From an uncultured bacterium (lineage in GTDB: Bacteria; UBP14; UBA6098; B30-G16), in assembly GCA_965552135.1 (NCBI GenBank), contig CBEVQY010000025.1:1-46518 (forward strand): 46,518 bases of DNA, written 5' to 3'. Positions within the stretch are counted from its first letter, which is position 1. Each line of letters starts with the position of its first letter. A model generated the notes under the pieces. It was not told where the DNA came from. It did not search any database and saw only the letters and a list, made by a program, of their open reading frames with translations. Positions 35,628 through 44,299 of the stretch are shown here, piece after piece. Both the position numbers and the translations under genes were made by a program.

Positions 35628-35870
35628 ATGAAGCCGGGAGCGTACATGCTCATCAACGTGGCGACGGGTGAGGAGCTCAACGTCGTGAGGGAGCTTCGAA
35701 AGCTTCCGGGTGTGAAGAACGCCCGCGTCGTGACGGGACTGCACGACGTGGTCTGCTACGTCGAAGCCGACACCATCGACGAGCTGCGCCACGAGATCAT
35801 CGGATCCATACGGCACATCCCCGGCATAACGAGAACCGTCACCTGCATCGCCTTCGACAGCGAGGAGTAG
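35628..35870 (+). CDS. Stand-alone Lrp/AsnC ligand-binding (RAM) domain protein, no HTH
   Basis: AYMLINV..G.E..V...LRKLPGV..A.VVTG.HDVV..VEA....EL...I...IR.IPGI..TVTCI. Confidence 0.88.
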   Translation: MKPGAYMLINVATGEELNVVRELRKLPGVKNARVVTGLHDVVCYVEADTIDELRHEIIGSIRHIPGITRTVTCIAFDSEE

Positions 35871-35903
35871 CCGCCCTTCCGCCTGCTGCTTTGGATCCCG
35901 CCG

Positions 35904-35938
35904 AAAAGCCTCAGCCAGGCTGAGGCTTTTTTATTTTT
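35904..35938. terminator. Bidirectional intrinsic terminator between convergent Lrp-domain gene and sppA
   Basis: AAAAGCCTCAGC-CAG-GCTGAGGCTTTT followed by TTATTTTT. Confidence 0.85.
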
Positions 35939-35958
35939 CAACCGAGCCCGGGTTTTTT

Positions 35959-37665
35959 TCAAGGCGTTTGGCGGTCGCCACCTGCGGAAACCCCACCCAC
36001 CCAAAGGTACGCGGGTCTGTTCGCCAGGGCATCGACGAGCCCCAAAAGGCGCAGTCTCTCCGGAACCTCCGCCGGCAAAAGCACCTCGGCGCCTGCTTCG
36101 CGCAAAAAATCCCAGAGGGTTTCAACCCCGGGCTTTACGACAAGCTTTGCGTGCTTGTTCTGCGGCACTCCCAGGGCGCGCTCGGCGAAAACGATCGCGT
36201 CCCAAAGGGAGCCTATGGTGTCGACGAGGGCTACGCTTTCTGCCGCCTCGGCGCTCCAGATGCGACCCTGAGCAACCGAATCGAGCCAGGCGTAGCTTGT
36301 GTCGCGGCTGCGGGCAGCCTTCGAAACGAACTGCTCGTAAAGCTTTCCGGCAACCTTCACAAGCAGGGCGCGCTCGTCGTCGGAGAGCCTGTGGTCGCCC
36401 ACGAAGATGTCGGCGAACCTGCCGCGCTTTATCGTCTGGGAGCGCGCGCCAAGCTTATCGTAAAGACCGGCAAAGCACACCCGCAGCATCGCAACGCCTA
36501 TGGAGCCCGTTATGGTGTAGGGTGTCGCGAAGATCGTGTCGGCAGCCATCGAGATGTAGTACCCTCCCGACGCCGCCAGGGCGCCCATCGACACGACGAC
36601 GGGCTTCTTCTGCGCCGCACGCGCCACCTCCCTGTAGATGACGTCCGAGGCAAGCGCCGAACCGCCGGGGCTTTCGACACGAAAGACTATCGCGTCTATC
36701 TCATCGTCGTCGGCGAGCTTGCGCAAAAGCCTCGCGTACCGCCTCGACGTTATGCCCCGGCTCCAGAAGCCGTCGGAGGGAACTATGCTCCCCTCAGCTA
36801 TCACGAGCGCAACCTTTTTTTCCGCCACATCCCACGGAGGCTTGCGGCGGGCGTAGCGGTGAACGGGAACGAGCCTGTCCTCATCGTCGCCAACAAGGTG
36901 CGACTTAAGGTCGTTCCAGTACATTATCGTGTCGGCGATGCCCGCCGCCACCGCCTCCTCGGGCGTAAGGATGCCAAGGTCGATGAGTCCCTCCACCGAG
37001 TCCTGCGTTATGCCGAACCCGCGCGCACAGTCGGAGGTGAAGCGCCCGTAGAGGTCGTCGAGGAGCTTCTCGTAGCTTTCGCGAAGCCAGGGCGACATCG
37101 AGTCGCGCGCAAAGAAGTCCTCGACCCCCTTGTACTTGCCCATCTGGATCACCTCGACATCGATCCCGATCTTCTCCAGCGTGCCCTTGATAAAAAGGGC
37201 GTTTGCCAGAAAGCCCGGAACAGCCACATCTCCCGCCGGCGCCAGCGCAACTGTGTCGCAGACCGAGGCGAGCAGAACGTCGGAGGGACCGGCGTAGTCG
37301 AAGTATCCGTAAACCGGCTTGCCCGCGGCGCGGAAATCCTCTATCGCCCGGGCAAGCTCCCAGCTTTTGGAGAGTCCGAGCATGCTGTAGCCGCGGATCA
37401 CAAGCGCCTCGATGTCCTCGTCCCTCGCCGCCGCCTCGACGGCGTAAAGAAGCCTGTAGAACGGCATCTGCCTCTGCCATCCGAAAAGCCAAAGATCAAG
37501 GCGAAGGTGCTCGGGGTATGTCCTTCTGAGATCCACGAGGAGGACGCTTCGGTCGACGATGCGGACAGCCCCAAAACGGCTCGCCCAAAAGCTTACAGCA
37601 ACAGCCACACCGAAAAGCAGGGCAAGGACCACCACAAGCCAAACGGAAAGCTTTTTGGGGTTCAT
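35959..37665 (-). CDS. sppA: Signal peptide peptidase SppA, long (67K) type
   Basis: N-terminal TM and duplicated S49 domains. GKYKG, RVESPGGSALAS, SMGALAASGGYYIS, TITGSIGV, QGRIWS. Confidence 0.93.
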   Translation of the reverse strand: MNPKKLSVWLVVVLALLFGVAVAVSFWASRFGAVRIVDRSVLLVDLRRTYPEHLRLDLWLFGWQRQMPFYRLLYAVEAAARDEDIEALVIRGYSMLGLSKSWELARAIEDFRAAGKPVYGYFDYAGPSDVLLASVCDTVALAPAGDVAVPGFLANALFIKGTLEKIGIDVEVIQMGKYKGVEDFFARDSMSPWLRESYEKLLDDLYGRFTSDCARGFGITQDSVEGLIDLGILTPEEAVAAGIADTIMYWNDLKSHLVGDDEDRLVPVHRYARRKPPWDVAEKKVALVIAEGSIVPSDGFWSRGITSRRYARLLRKLADDDEIDAIVFRVESPGGSALASDVIYREVARAAQKKPVVVSMGALAASGGYYISMAADTIFATPYTITGSIGVAMLRVCFAGLYDKLGARSQTIKRGRFADIFVGDHRLSDDERALLVKVAGKLYEQFVSKAARSRDTSYAWLDSVAQGRIWSAEAAESVALVDTIGSLWDAIVFAERALGVPQNKHAKLVVKPGVETLWDFLREAGAEVLLPAEVPERLRLLGLVDALANRPAYLWVGGVSAGGDRQTP

Positions 37666-38168
37666 CTTTTACCTCCGTTCGCTTGAGCAAACTTCTCCCT
37701 AAGCGCCTTCTCCACGCAGGGAGGGACGAAGGGCGAGACGTCGTTTCCGTTGCGCGCTATCGTCTTTACCATCGACGAGCTCAGGTAAACGAAGGCAAGG
37801 CTCGGCATAAGGAAGACCGTCTCCGCCTTCGGGAAAAGCCTTCGGTTCGCAAGAGCCATCTGGAACTCGTGCTCGAAGTCCGACACAGCCCTAAGCCCGC
37901 GGACTATGGCTATCGCCCCCTTGCGCTGGGCGTACTCAGCCAAAAGCCCCGTGAAGTAGTCGACCGATACGTTGGGAAGCCCAAGCCTTCCCACAGCCTC
38001 CCTCGCGAGGGCAAGCCTTTCGTCGTGGGAGAAGAGGGGGCGCTTCTCCGGGTTCTCTCCAACGGCAACTATCACCTCGTCGAAGAGGGCGGCTGCGCGC
38101 CTTATTATGTCGAGGTGACCGTTGGTTATCGGGTCGAACGTACCGGGATAGATCGCAAGCCTCCCCAT
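37662..38168 (-). CDS. coaD: Pantetheine-phosphate adenylyltransferase
   Basis: AIYPGTFDPITNGHLDII, IVRGLRAVSDFEHE, LSSSMVK. ATG at 38168 with GGAGGT SD. Confidence 0.96.
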   Translation of the reverse strand: MGRLAIYPGTFDPITNGHLDIIRRAAALFDEVIVAVGENPEKRPLFSHDERLALAREAVGRLGLPNVSVDYFTGLLAEYAQRKGAIAIVRGLRAVSDFEHEFQMALANRRLFPKAETVFLMPSLAFVYLSSSMVKTIARNGNDVSPFVPPCVEKALREKFAQANGGKR

Positions 38169-38185
38169 ACTCACCTCCGCGAAAG

Positions 38186-38596
38186 CTACGTTTCGGCCTT
38201 CCCGTCGGCGATAAGCTCTATCTCCCAGCGGGAGTAGAGCCTCCCTACGTTTACCCCCGGGCACTCGGCAGCCGTCCGCTCCCAGGCATGCGGCGAGGAG
38301 ATGTTACTCCGCCAGAAGGGGAACGTCCTGCACTGCGTGGGTCTTGCAGGATAGACGGAACAGCCGTCCTGCCTGAGGAATATGCAGTCGCCGTTGGGGA
38401 AATCCCGCAAAACCCTGAACTTGCCGCGCACGACGGTGTATTTCTCCAGAAACTCCTCCTCGGAGATCCCCAAAAACTCCGCCAGCCTCTCAATATCGCT
38501 GTGGGAGAGATAGACGACGCCGTCGGGTATGCGACAACACCTGCCGCACCTAAGACAGGTGAACCTGAGCCCATCCTTGTAAAACGGCTCTTCCAT
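38186..38596 (-). CDS. YkgJ-family cysteine-cluster protein
   Basis: FTCLRCGRCC, CIFL..GCSVYPARPTQCRTFPFW, CPG. Confidence 0.9.
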   Translation of the reverse strand: MEEPFYKDGLRFTCLRCGRCCRIPDGVVYLSHSDIERLAEFLGISEEEFLEKYTVVRGKFRVLRDFPNGDCIFLRQDGCSVYPARPTQCRTFPFWRSNISSPHAWERTAAECPGVNVGRLYSRWEIELIADGKAET

Positions 38597-38644
38597 ACCG
38601 AAGGACAAGTTAAGCTCAAAGACACCCCTCCGCAAGGGAGGTGT

Positions 38645-39280
38645 TCACCCCGCCCTCTGCACAAACACAACGGCAAGCTCGTAGTCCGGAAGCCAGCCGG
38701 GCGGATAGTCCTTCACCTCCAACGTTGCATCCCTCTTGCCGCAGAACCTGCGCCAGTACTCGAGATCCCGCAGAAACCGCCTCCCCGCCCAGAGGACGAC
38801 GCAACCCCCCCGGCGACAGAGCCTTATCGACCTGTCGAGCGTTCTTTTGAGCGGTCCCGTTGCGCGGAGGGCGACGAAGTCGAAGCTGTATCCCACCTCC
38901 TCGGCGCGCCCGCAGAAGACGGAGGCGTTCGAAAGCCCAAGCTCATCCAAAACCCTCTGGAGGAAGGCGCACTTTCGCCTGCTCGTTTCGGCGAGGACAA
39001 CTGTGGCTTCGGGTCTTGCCGCCGCGATCACAACGCCCGGAAAACCCGCCCCCGACCCGAAGTCGAGCACATCGCCCCGGATGTCGCGAAGGATCAAGGG
39101 GACGAGGGAGTCGGCAACATGCCTCTCCCAAAGCCTTCCGAGGTCGCCGGGCGATATAAGCGACGCCTCCTCCGCATGCTCCCTCACAAGCTCGACGAAG
39201 CGGCGCATATCGTCCCAGAAGCGCTCGGGAAGCTCAAGCCCGCTTCTCACACAAAGCTTTTTCAACTCAATTTCTTGCAT
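38645..39280 (-). CDS. rsmG: 16S rRNA m7G527 methyltransferase
   Basis: RHVADSL, LDFGSGAGFPGVVIA, RKCAFL, GRAEE. Lies directly downstream of mnmG. Confidence 0.9.
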   Translation of the reverse strand: MQEIELKKLCVRSGLELPERFWDDMRRFVELVREHAEEASLISPGDLGRLWERHVADSLVPLILRDIRGDVLDFGSGAGFPGVVIAAARPEATVVLAETSRRKCAFLQRVLDELGLSNASVFCGRAEEVGYSFDFVALRATGPLKRTLDRSIRLCRRGGCVVLWAGRRFLRDLEYWRRFCGKRDATLEVKDYPPGWLPDYELAVVFVQRAG

Positions 39281-39302
39281 CCCAATAAGTTATCCCCAAT
39301 GT

Positions 39303-41162
39303 TTATCGTGAAACAGCGCGCCTTACTGCGTCCAAAAGGATGCATACGTCCGTCGCCGTAATCCCTGGGATCCTCATCGCCTCGCCGACGGTGGCGGGTC
39401 TGTGGCGGGCAAGTTTCTCCCGTGCCTCGTTGCGAAGCGGAAGGGAGAGGAAATCGAGGTCGTCGGGTATCCGGACCTCCTCCAGGCGGCGCAGGTCCTC
39501 GTAGAGCCTGACGTACCTGTCGATGTAGCCGGCGTATTTGCTTTCCACAAACAGGGTTCGTTTGGGGATGGGGTGAATCCGCGCAATCTCCGGGAACGCC
39601 CTCTCTACGTCGCTCCAGCGGGCGTCGGGGCGGGCGAGGTACCGGGAGAGCTTCGTCCCCGGCGGAACGCCCAAAAGCCCCGCCTCGCGCCTCGATATCC
39701 CAGCGCTTGAGACGAAAACTCTCGCAACCTCAAGCTCCCTCGCCCACTGGCGCAAAATCGGAAAGACCCCCGGCGCAAGCTCTGAGAGGACGCCCTCGCC
39801 CAAAACCTCGTAGACGGAGAGCCAGGCATTATCCTCCCTGAGAAGGAGCCTCGCCTCGGACCTTATGGTAAGGAGCCTGTAGGGCTCGTCCACGCCCCTG
39901 TGGACGAGGTCGTCGATCATAACGCCTATGTAGGTTTTGTGTCTTGGGAAGTGGATCGGCGGTTCGCCGCGCACGAGCCGCGCGGCGTTTATCCCCGCCG
40001 CAACGCCGAGACCCGCAGCCTCCTCGTAGCCCGACGTGCCCAGGATCTGACCCGCAAAGAAAAGCCCGCCCACCCTGCGCGACTCAAGCGAAGGCTTGAC
40101 CGAAAGAGGGTCTACGACGTCGTACTCGATGGCGTAGCCGGGTTTCGTCATAACCACATCCTCAAGCCCGGGGATCGTCCGGAGCATAGCGAGCTGGACC
40201 TCCTCGGGGAGGGAATTCGAGACTCCGTTGGGGTAGAGCTCGTCGCTTTCCTCGCCCTCGGGCTCGAGGAAGACTATGTGTCTTTCGTGGTGGGGAAAGC
40301 GCTCCACCTTGACCTCGATGGATGGGCAATACCTGGGACCGATGCCCGTTATCTTTCCGCCGTAGAGGGCGGAGCGCCCGAGGTTTTCGCGGACTATGCG
40401 GTGGGTCTCGGGGGTGGTGTAGGTTATGTAGCACGGCTTCTGCCTCTCGACGGGCAGGCGTCCCTTTGTGAGGATGGAGAATGGCGTGTAGTCCGCCTCG
40501 CCGTCCTGCCTTCGGGTCCTTTCGAAGTCGACCGACGATGCGAGGATCCTCGGCGGCGTCCCCGTCTTGAAGCGCATAAGCCTGAAGCCAAGCCTCTCCA
40601 GAGCCGCAGAGAGCTTATCCTCCGGCGGCTCGCCCATGCGACCACCGGGGATCTCGCGCCAGCCAATGAATATCTTCCCCCTCATAAACGTTCCCGTGGC
40701 GAGGACGACGGCTTTCGCCTCGATCCCTTCGCCGCCGTCGGTCATTACGCCCACAACCCTTCTCTGCGAGCGGTCGCCTTCGGTCAGGATATCGGTTGCA
40801 GCCCCCGCGATGAGCGAGACGCCCTCGCCCTCCACGAGGCGCCCGACGGCGACCTCGTACTTTCGCCTGTCGTTCTGCGAGCGCGTCGCCTGGACGGCGG
40901 GTCCCTTGCGCCTGTTGAGGACGCGGTACTGGATTGCGGTTTTGTCGGCGGCTCTGGCGATGATGCCGCCCATGGCGTCGACCTCGCGCACAACGCGGCT
41001 TTTGGCTGTGCCGCCAACGGCGGGATTGCAGCTCATCCTGCCCAGGGCGCCTGGGTCTTGCGTGATGAGGGCTACGGAGCACCCGAGGCGAGCTGCGGCG
41101 CAGGCAGCCTCAACACCAGCGTGACCTCCGCCGACGACGACGATGTCGTAAGCTTTCCCCAC
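39303..41162 (-). CDS. mnmG: tRNA uridine-5-carboxymethylaminomethyl(34) synthesis enzyme MnmG (GidA)
   Basis: [59 protein letters not shown]. Start set at GTG 41162 (see promoter). Confidence 0.96.
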   Translation of the reverse strand: MGKAYDIVVVGGGHAGVEAACAAARLGCSVALITQDPGALGRMSCNPAVGGTAKSRVVREVDAMGGIIARAADKTAIQYRVLNRRKGPAVQATRSQNDRRKYEVAVGRLVEGEGVSLIAGAATDILTEGDRSQRRVVGVMTDGGEGIEAKAVVLATGTFMRGKIFIGWREIPGGRMGEPPEDKLSAALERLGFRLMRFKTGTPPRILASSVDFERTRRQDGEADYTPFSILTKGRLPVERQKPCYITYTTPETHRIVRENLGRSALYGGKITGIGPRYCPSIEVKVERFPHHERHIVFLEPEGEESDELYPNGVSNSLPEEVQLAMLRTIPGLEDVVMTKPGYAIEYDVVDPLSVKPSLESRRVGGLFFAGQILGTSGYEEAAGLGVAAGINAARLVRGEPPIHFPRHKTYIGVMIDDLVHRGVDEPYRLLTIRSEARLLLREDNAWLSVYEVLGEGVLSELAPGVFPILRQWARELEVARVFVSSAGISRREAGLLGVPPGTKLSRYLARPDARWSDVERAFPEIARIHPIPKRTLFVESKYAGYIDRYVRLYEDLRRLEEVRIPDDLDFLSLPLRNEAREKLARHRPATVGEAMRIPGITATDVCILLDAVRRAVSR

Positions 41163-41169
41163 GCCGAAA

Positions 41170-41198
41170 ATTATACCAGCCCCAAGTCCTCCCGTCAA
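41170..41198 (-). promoter_or_regulatory. Near-consensus sigma70 promoter of mnmG (leaderless geometry)
   Basis: TTGACG-17 nt-TATAAT, then 7 nt to the GTG start. Confidence 0.75.
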
Positions 41199-41211
41199 CG
41201 GGCGCGAGAGG

Positions 41212-41913
41212 TCATCTCCCCTCGGGGACGATCATGTAGATGAACTGTTCGCCCAGGGCGGCTGCGGCGTCCTCTGCCTCCTTTCGGGTTGCGAAGTGCT
41301 CCGCCCGAACGCGAAAGAAGATCCTGCCGCCCACGCGCGCCCTGACGATGTAGGGGTGGAGTCCGACGTCGCGCAGTTTTTGCGCCAGGGCTTCGGCGCG
41401 GCTGCTGTCGACGAAGGCGCCGAACTGAAGGGTGTAACCGCCCGCCTGCGTCGAGCCGGGCTTGGCGGAGAAGAAATTAGCCAGGTAGGGGAAGTCGCCC
41501 GCCGCCGCGGGGAATGTCCCGTCGATTCTCGCAAGCCCGGCGGAGCTCCAGGCTCTCGTGTGCGCGTCGGAGATGCGGGCAAGATAGGCGCGGGCGGTGT
41601 CGACCTCGCCCAAAACGAGGGCGCAAAGCCCGATGTAGAGGGACCTCACGTCGCCGCCGAATTCGGTCCGCTGGAAGAAGGCGAGAGCCTGCCTGTAGAG
41701 ACCGCGCGAGTAGTATAGGCGTCCGAGCTCAAATAGGGCTTCGTCCGTTCCGCGCTTCCGCAAAAGCTCGGCGAGCCTCTCGCAGTCGGTGGCCTCCGCC
41801 ATCGCCTGTGCAAGCTCGTCGTCGTAGCCGAACGCCCGCCAGAACTGTAGATACCCATCGCCCGCGAAGGCAAAGGCAAACGAAAGCGCGCAGATCACAA
41901 AAAGCCTCATCAT
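41212..41913 (-). CDS. Secreted TPR plus SPOR-domain protein
   Basis: Signal peptide. [35 protein letters not shown]....[14 protein letters not shown]...F.TRKEA. Confidence 0.85.
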   Translation of the reverse strand: MMRLFVICALSFAFAFAGDGYLQFWRAFGYDDELAQAMAEATDCERLAELLRKRGTDEALFELGRLYYSRGLYRQALAFFQRTEFGGDVRSLYIGLCALVLGEVDTARAYLARISDAHTRAWSSAGLARIDGTFPAAAGDFPYLANFFSAKPGSTQAGGYTLQFGAFVDSSRAEALAQKLRDVGLHPYIVRARVGGRIFFRVRAEHFATRKEAEDAAAALGEQFIYMIVPEGR

Positions 41914-41988
41914 CCCCCCCTCGCGATGCACACCCGCTTCTTCCCTCAAAGCTCCGCCCTTTGCATCTCCACCCGCCGCGACCTGCCC

Positions 41989-43095
41989 TCAAACCCCAAA
42001 GCTCTCCCACTCGCCGCACTTCGGACAGCGCCACAGGGGCTCGCTCGTCGAGTATCCGCAGCTTGAGCAGGTATACCTGGGTGCAAGCTTGCCCTGGAGG
42101 ACCTCGTCTATCGCCGCGGAAGCCTCCTTGCTCCTGCCCATAATGCACGCGAGCCGCGCCTTTGCCAGGGTGAGGACCTCGTTTCGCTCCTCGGCGGCGT
42201 CGATTATGCGAAGCGCCTCATCAAGCTCCCCCATCTTCTCGTGGATCCTCGCCAGGGCAAGCCTTATGCGCCAGGCGTCGGGGTGCGTGAGCAAAACCTT
42301 TCGGTAAAGCGACGCAGCCTTGTCGAACTCGCCAAGCTCGTAGTACGCGCTCTCAATCCTGTCGAGCACGATATGTCCGCGCTGCGGGAAGCGCTCAAGG
42401 ACCTTCGACCACCACTCGAGGGCGTCCCTGTATCGACCCTCGCTGGCGTAGGCGTCCCCTATGGCGAGCATCGCGGCTATGCAGTCCTGATCGTGCTTGA
42501 GAGCCTCCTTGTAGAGTAGCCGAGCCCTGTGGGGGTCATCCTCAGCGACCCTCTTGCCCTCCTCGACCTTATAGAGAGCCATAAGCTTTCCGTCGGCGCC
42601 GGTTTTCGCCAAAAGCTCCGCCGCCTCGCCAAAGCGCTCAAGGCGCTCCAAGACATCGAGGGCGAAGTCGTAGGACCACCCATCGGGCTTAAGCGCGATA
42701 GCCTGCTTGATGTACTCAAGCGCCTTCGGAAGCTCACCCTCCCTGAAGGCGTCGAGCGCGAGGGATTTGTACACCCTCGCCTTCTGCCCCGGCTTTATGA
42801 ACGCCCGCGCCAAAAGGGAGGTGTGGATTCTTTTTGCCGCAACAAGCTTCCCCTCCTGGCGGAGGAGGTCGCCCAAAAGGACAAATGCCTCGATGTTGTG
42901 TGTGTTCTGCCTTGCCGCAAGCTGCAGGAAGTTCTTGGCGGAGGCAAAATCGCCCTCAACTATAGCCAGAAGCCCCTTGACGAAGTTCTCTCCACCGCTT
43001 TGCCGAAGCTTTTGCCACCTGTAGATCGAGATGCCAGCCACCGCAACGGCAACGGCGAAGACGACGATCACAGCGATCAAGCTGCCGCTTATCAT
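41989..43095 (-). CDS. lapB: LPS assembly protein B (LapB/YciM)-like
   Basis: N-terminal TM, TPR array (LGDLLRQEG...AKRIH..LL) and C-terminal rubredoxin-like CSSCG...WRCPKCGEW. Follows lapA. Confidence 0.85.
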   Translation of the reverse strand: MISGSLIAVIVVFAVAVAVAGISIYRWQKLRQSGGENFVKGLLAIVEGDFASAKNFLQLAARQNTHNIEAFVLLGDLLRQEGKLVAAKRIHTSLLARAFIKPGQKARVYKSLALDAFREGELPKALEYIKQAIALKPDGWSYDFALDVLERLERFGEAAELLAKTGADGKLMALYKVEEGKRVAEDDPHRARLLYKEALKHDQDCIAAMLAIGDAYASEGRYRDALEWWSKVLERFPQRGHIVLDRIESAYYELGEFDKAASLYRKVLLTHPDAWRIRLALARIHEKMGELDEALRIIDAAEERNEVLTLAKARLACIMGRSKEASAAIDEVLQGKLAPRYTCSSCGYSTSEPLWRCPKCGEWESFGV

Positions 43096-43412
43096 CGTCC
43101 CTCCTTGTCCTCGAGGTCCATCTCGGAAAGCGGCATAGTTCGAAGCTCGTCGAGCTCGGACTGGAGCCTTTTTATCGACGCCTTAAGTTGCGATATCCTG
43201 AGCCGAAGTCTTATCTCCTGCACGATGCACACGACAAGCGCGCAGAAGAACCCTGCGCCGAACGCCCAACCCACAAGGGAACCAAGCGGCACATCGCGGA
43301 GCACGGTGAACCCAAGGGAAACCGAATCGACGGCTTTGCCGTAGTTCAGCGACACAAACCCCGCGATCCCAACAACGACCACAAGCAAAACCACAAGGAC
43401 GAAAACTCTCAT
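43092..43412 (-). CDS. lapA: LPS assembly protein A (LapA)-like
   Basis: Two TM helices (F...N...V...L, VPLG.L...AFGAG) followed by a coiled coil. Overlaps the lapB start. Confidence 0.8.
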   Translation of the reverse strand: MRVFVLVVLLVVVVGIAGFVSLNYGKAVDSVSLGFTVLRDVPLGSLVGWAFGAGFFCALVVCIVQEIRLRLRISQLKASIKRLQSELDELRTMPLSEMDLEDKEGR

Positions 43413-43434
43413 CTACCTCCTCCGGGCAAGCTTT

Positions 43435-43965
43435 TTACGTTTGCGTTTCGCTTTTGCCGAAGCGCTCGGCGATGCGCCGAAGCTCGCGGGCGATCCTGCG
43501 GCGAACATCCTCGCCAACTCTGTCTATGAAAAGAACCCCCCGGGTGTGGTCGGTCTCGTGGCAGAAGACCCTTGCGGCCATATCCCAAAGCTCCCTCTCC
43601 TCGTAGCGTTCGACGTCGTCGAACCAGCCGTAGGCGATGATCCGCCTTGGTCGCTCGACGGGGATGTAAAGCCCCGGGAACGAAAGGCATCCCTCCTCCC
43701 GTATGGCGGTAATCCCTCCGACCTCGACTATCTTGGGGTTGTAGACGCCGACGAGTCTGTAGTCATCGTCTTGGGGCACACCCGCCACAACGACGGGGAG
43801 CACGAGCCCAACCTGCTGCGCGGCAAGCCCGATCCCGCCGTGCCCGCGGCAGATCTCCTTCATCTGCGCGATTATGCGCAAAATCCCCTCGTCGGGTTCC
43901 CCCTCGCCCTCCGGCGCTCGCCTGCGCAAAACGGGATCAGGGTAGTATCTGAGCGAAAGCTCCAT
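43435..43965 (-). CDS. def: Peptide deformylase
   Basis: YPDPVLR, GIGLAAQQVG, EGCLSFPG, HETDH. Confidence 0.96.
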   Translation of the reverse strand: MELSLRYYPDPVLRRRAPEGEGEPDEGILRIIAQMKEICRGHGGIGLAAQQVGLVLPVVVAGVPQDDDYRLVGVYNPKIVEVGGITAIREEGCLSFPGLYIPVERPRRIIAYGWFDDVERYEERELWDMAARVFCHETDHTRGVLFIDRVGEDVRRRIARELRRIAERFGKSETQT

Positions 43966-43969
43966 CCCC

Positions 43970-44278
43970 TCACTCCGAGAGCTTCTGGGCTATGTAGCCC
44001 TTGGCTACCTCGAGCTTCACGTTCTCGTCGCCGACCTTTATGACGACCTTCTCATCGTCCACGCCGACTATGGTGCCTATAAGCCCGCCGCTTGTCACAA
44101 CCCTGTCGCCCTTTTTGAGCGACTGAAGCATCGCCTGATGCTCCTTCTGGCGCTTGACCTGCGGTCGGATGAGGAAGAAGTAGAACACGAGGATAAGCAA
44201 AATAAACGGCAAAAGCCCAAGGAAGGGGTTTCCCTGTTGTTGCGTTGTCTGCGGCTGAGCCATAAGGATTTCGTGCAT
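43970..44278 (-). CDS. yajC: Preprotein translocase subunit YajC
   Basis: FYFFLIRPQ.KRQKEHQ.ML.SLKKGDRVVTSGGL.G.I. Confidence 0.96.
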   Translation of the reverse strand: MHEILMAQPQTTQQQGNPFLGLLPFILLILVFYFFLIRPQVKRQKEHQAMLQSLKKGDRVVTSGGLIGTIVGVDDEKVVIKVGDENVKLEVAKGYIAQKLSE

Positions 44279-44299
44279 AGCCTGCTCCTCGCTTTGTTT

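Noticed and set aside
8664..41243. Other long plus-strand ORFs (e.g. 8664-9659, 9669-10808, 14265-16067, 20834-22705, 35968-37686, 39900-41243)
   Set aside because: These are antisense shadows of well-supported minus-strand genes.
26567..41949. Upstream-extended starts in the ORF track (ptb 26663, DUF2085 27162, S8 29767, galE 31283, AlbA 31271, lpxK 31831, GGDEF 32865, coaD 38264, YkgJ 38635, mnmG 41198, SPOR 41949)
   Set aside because: The extensions overlap neighbouring genes or promoter boxes, or precede a better start. The downstream starts fit SD or promoter geometry and family N-termini.
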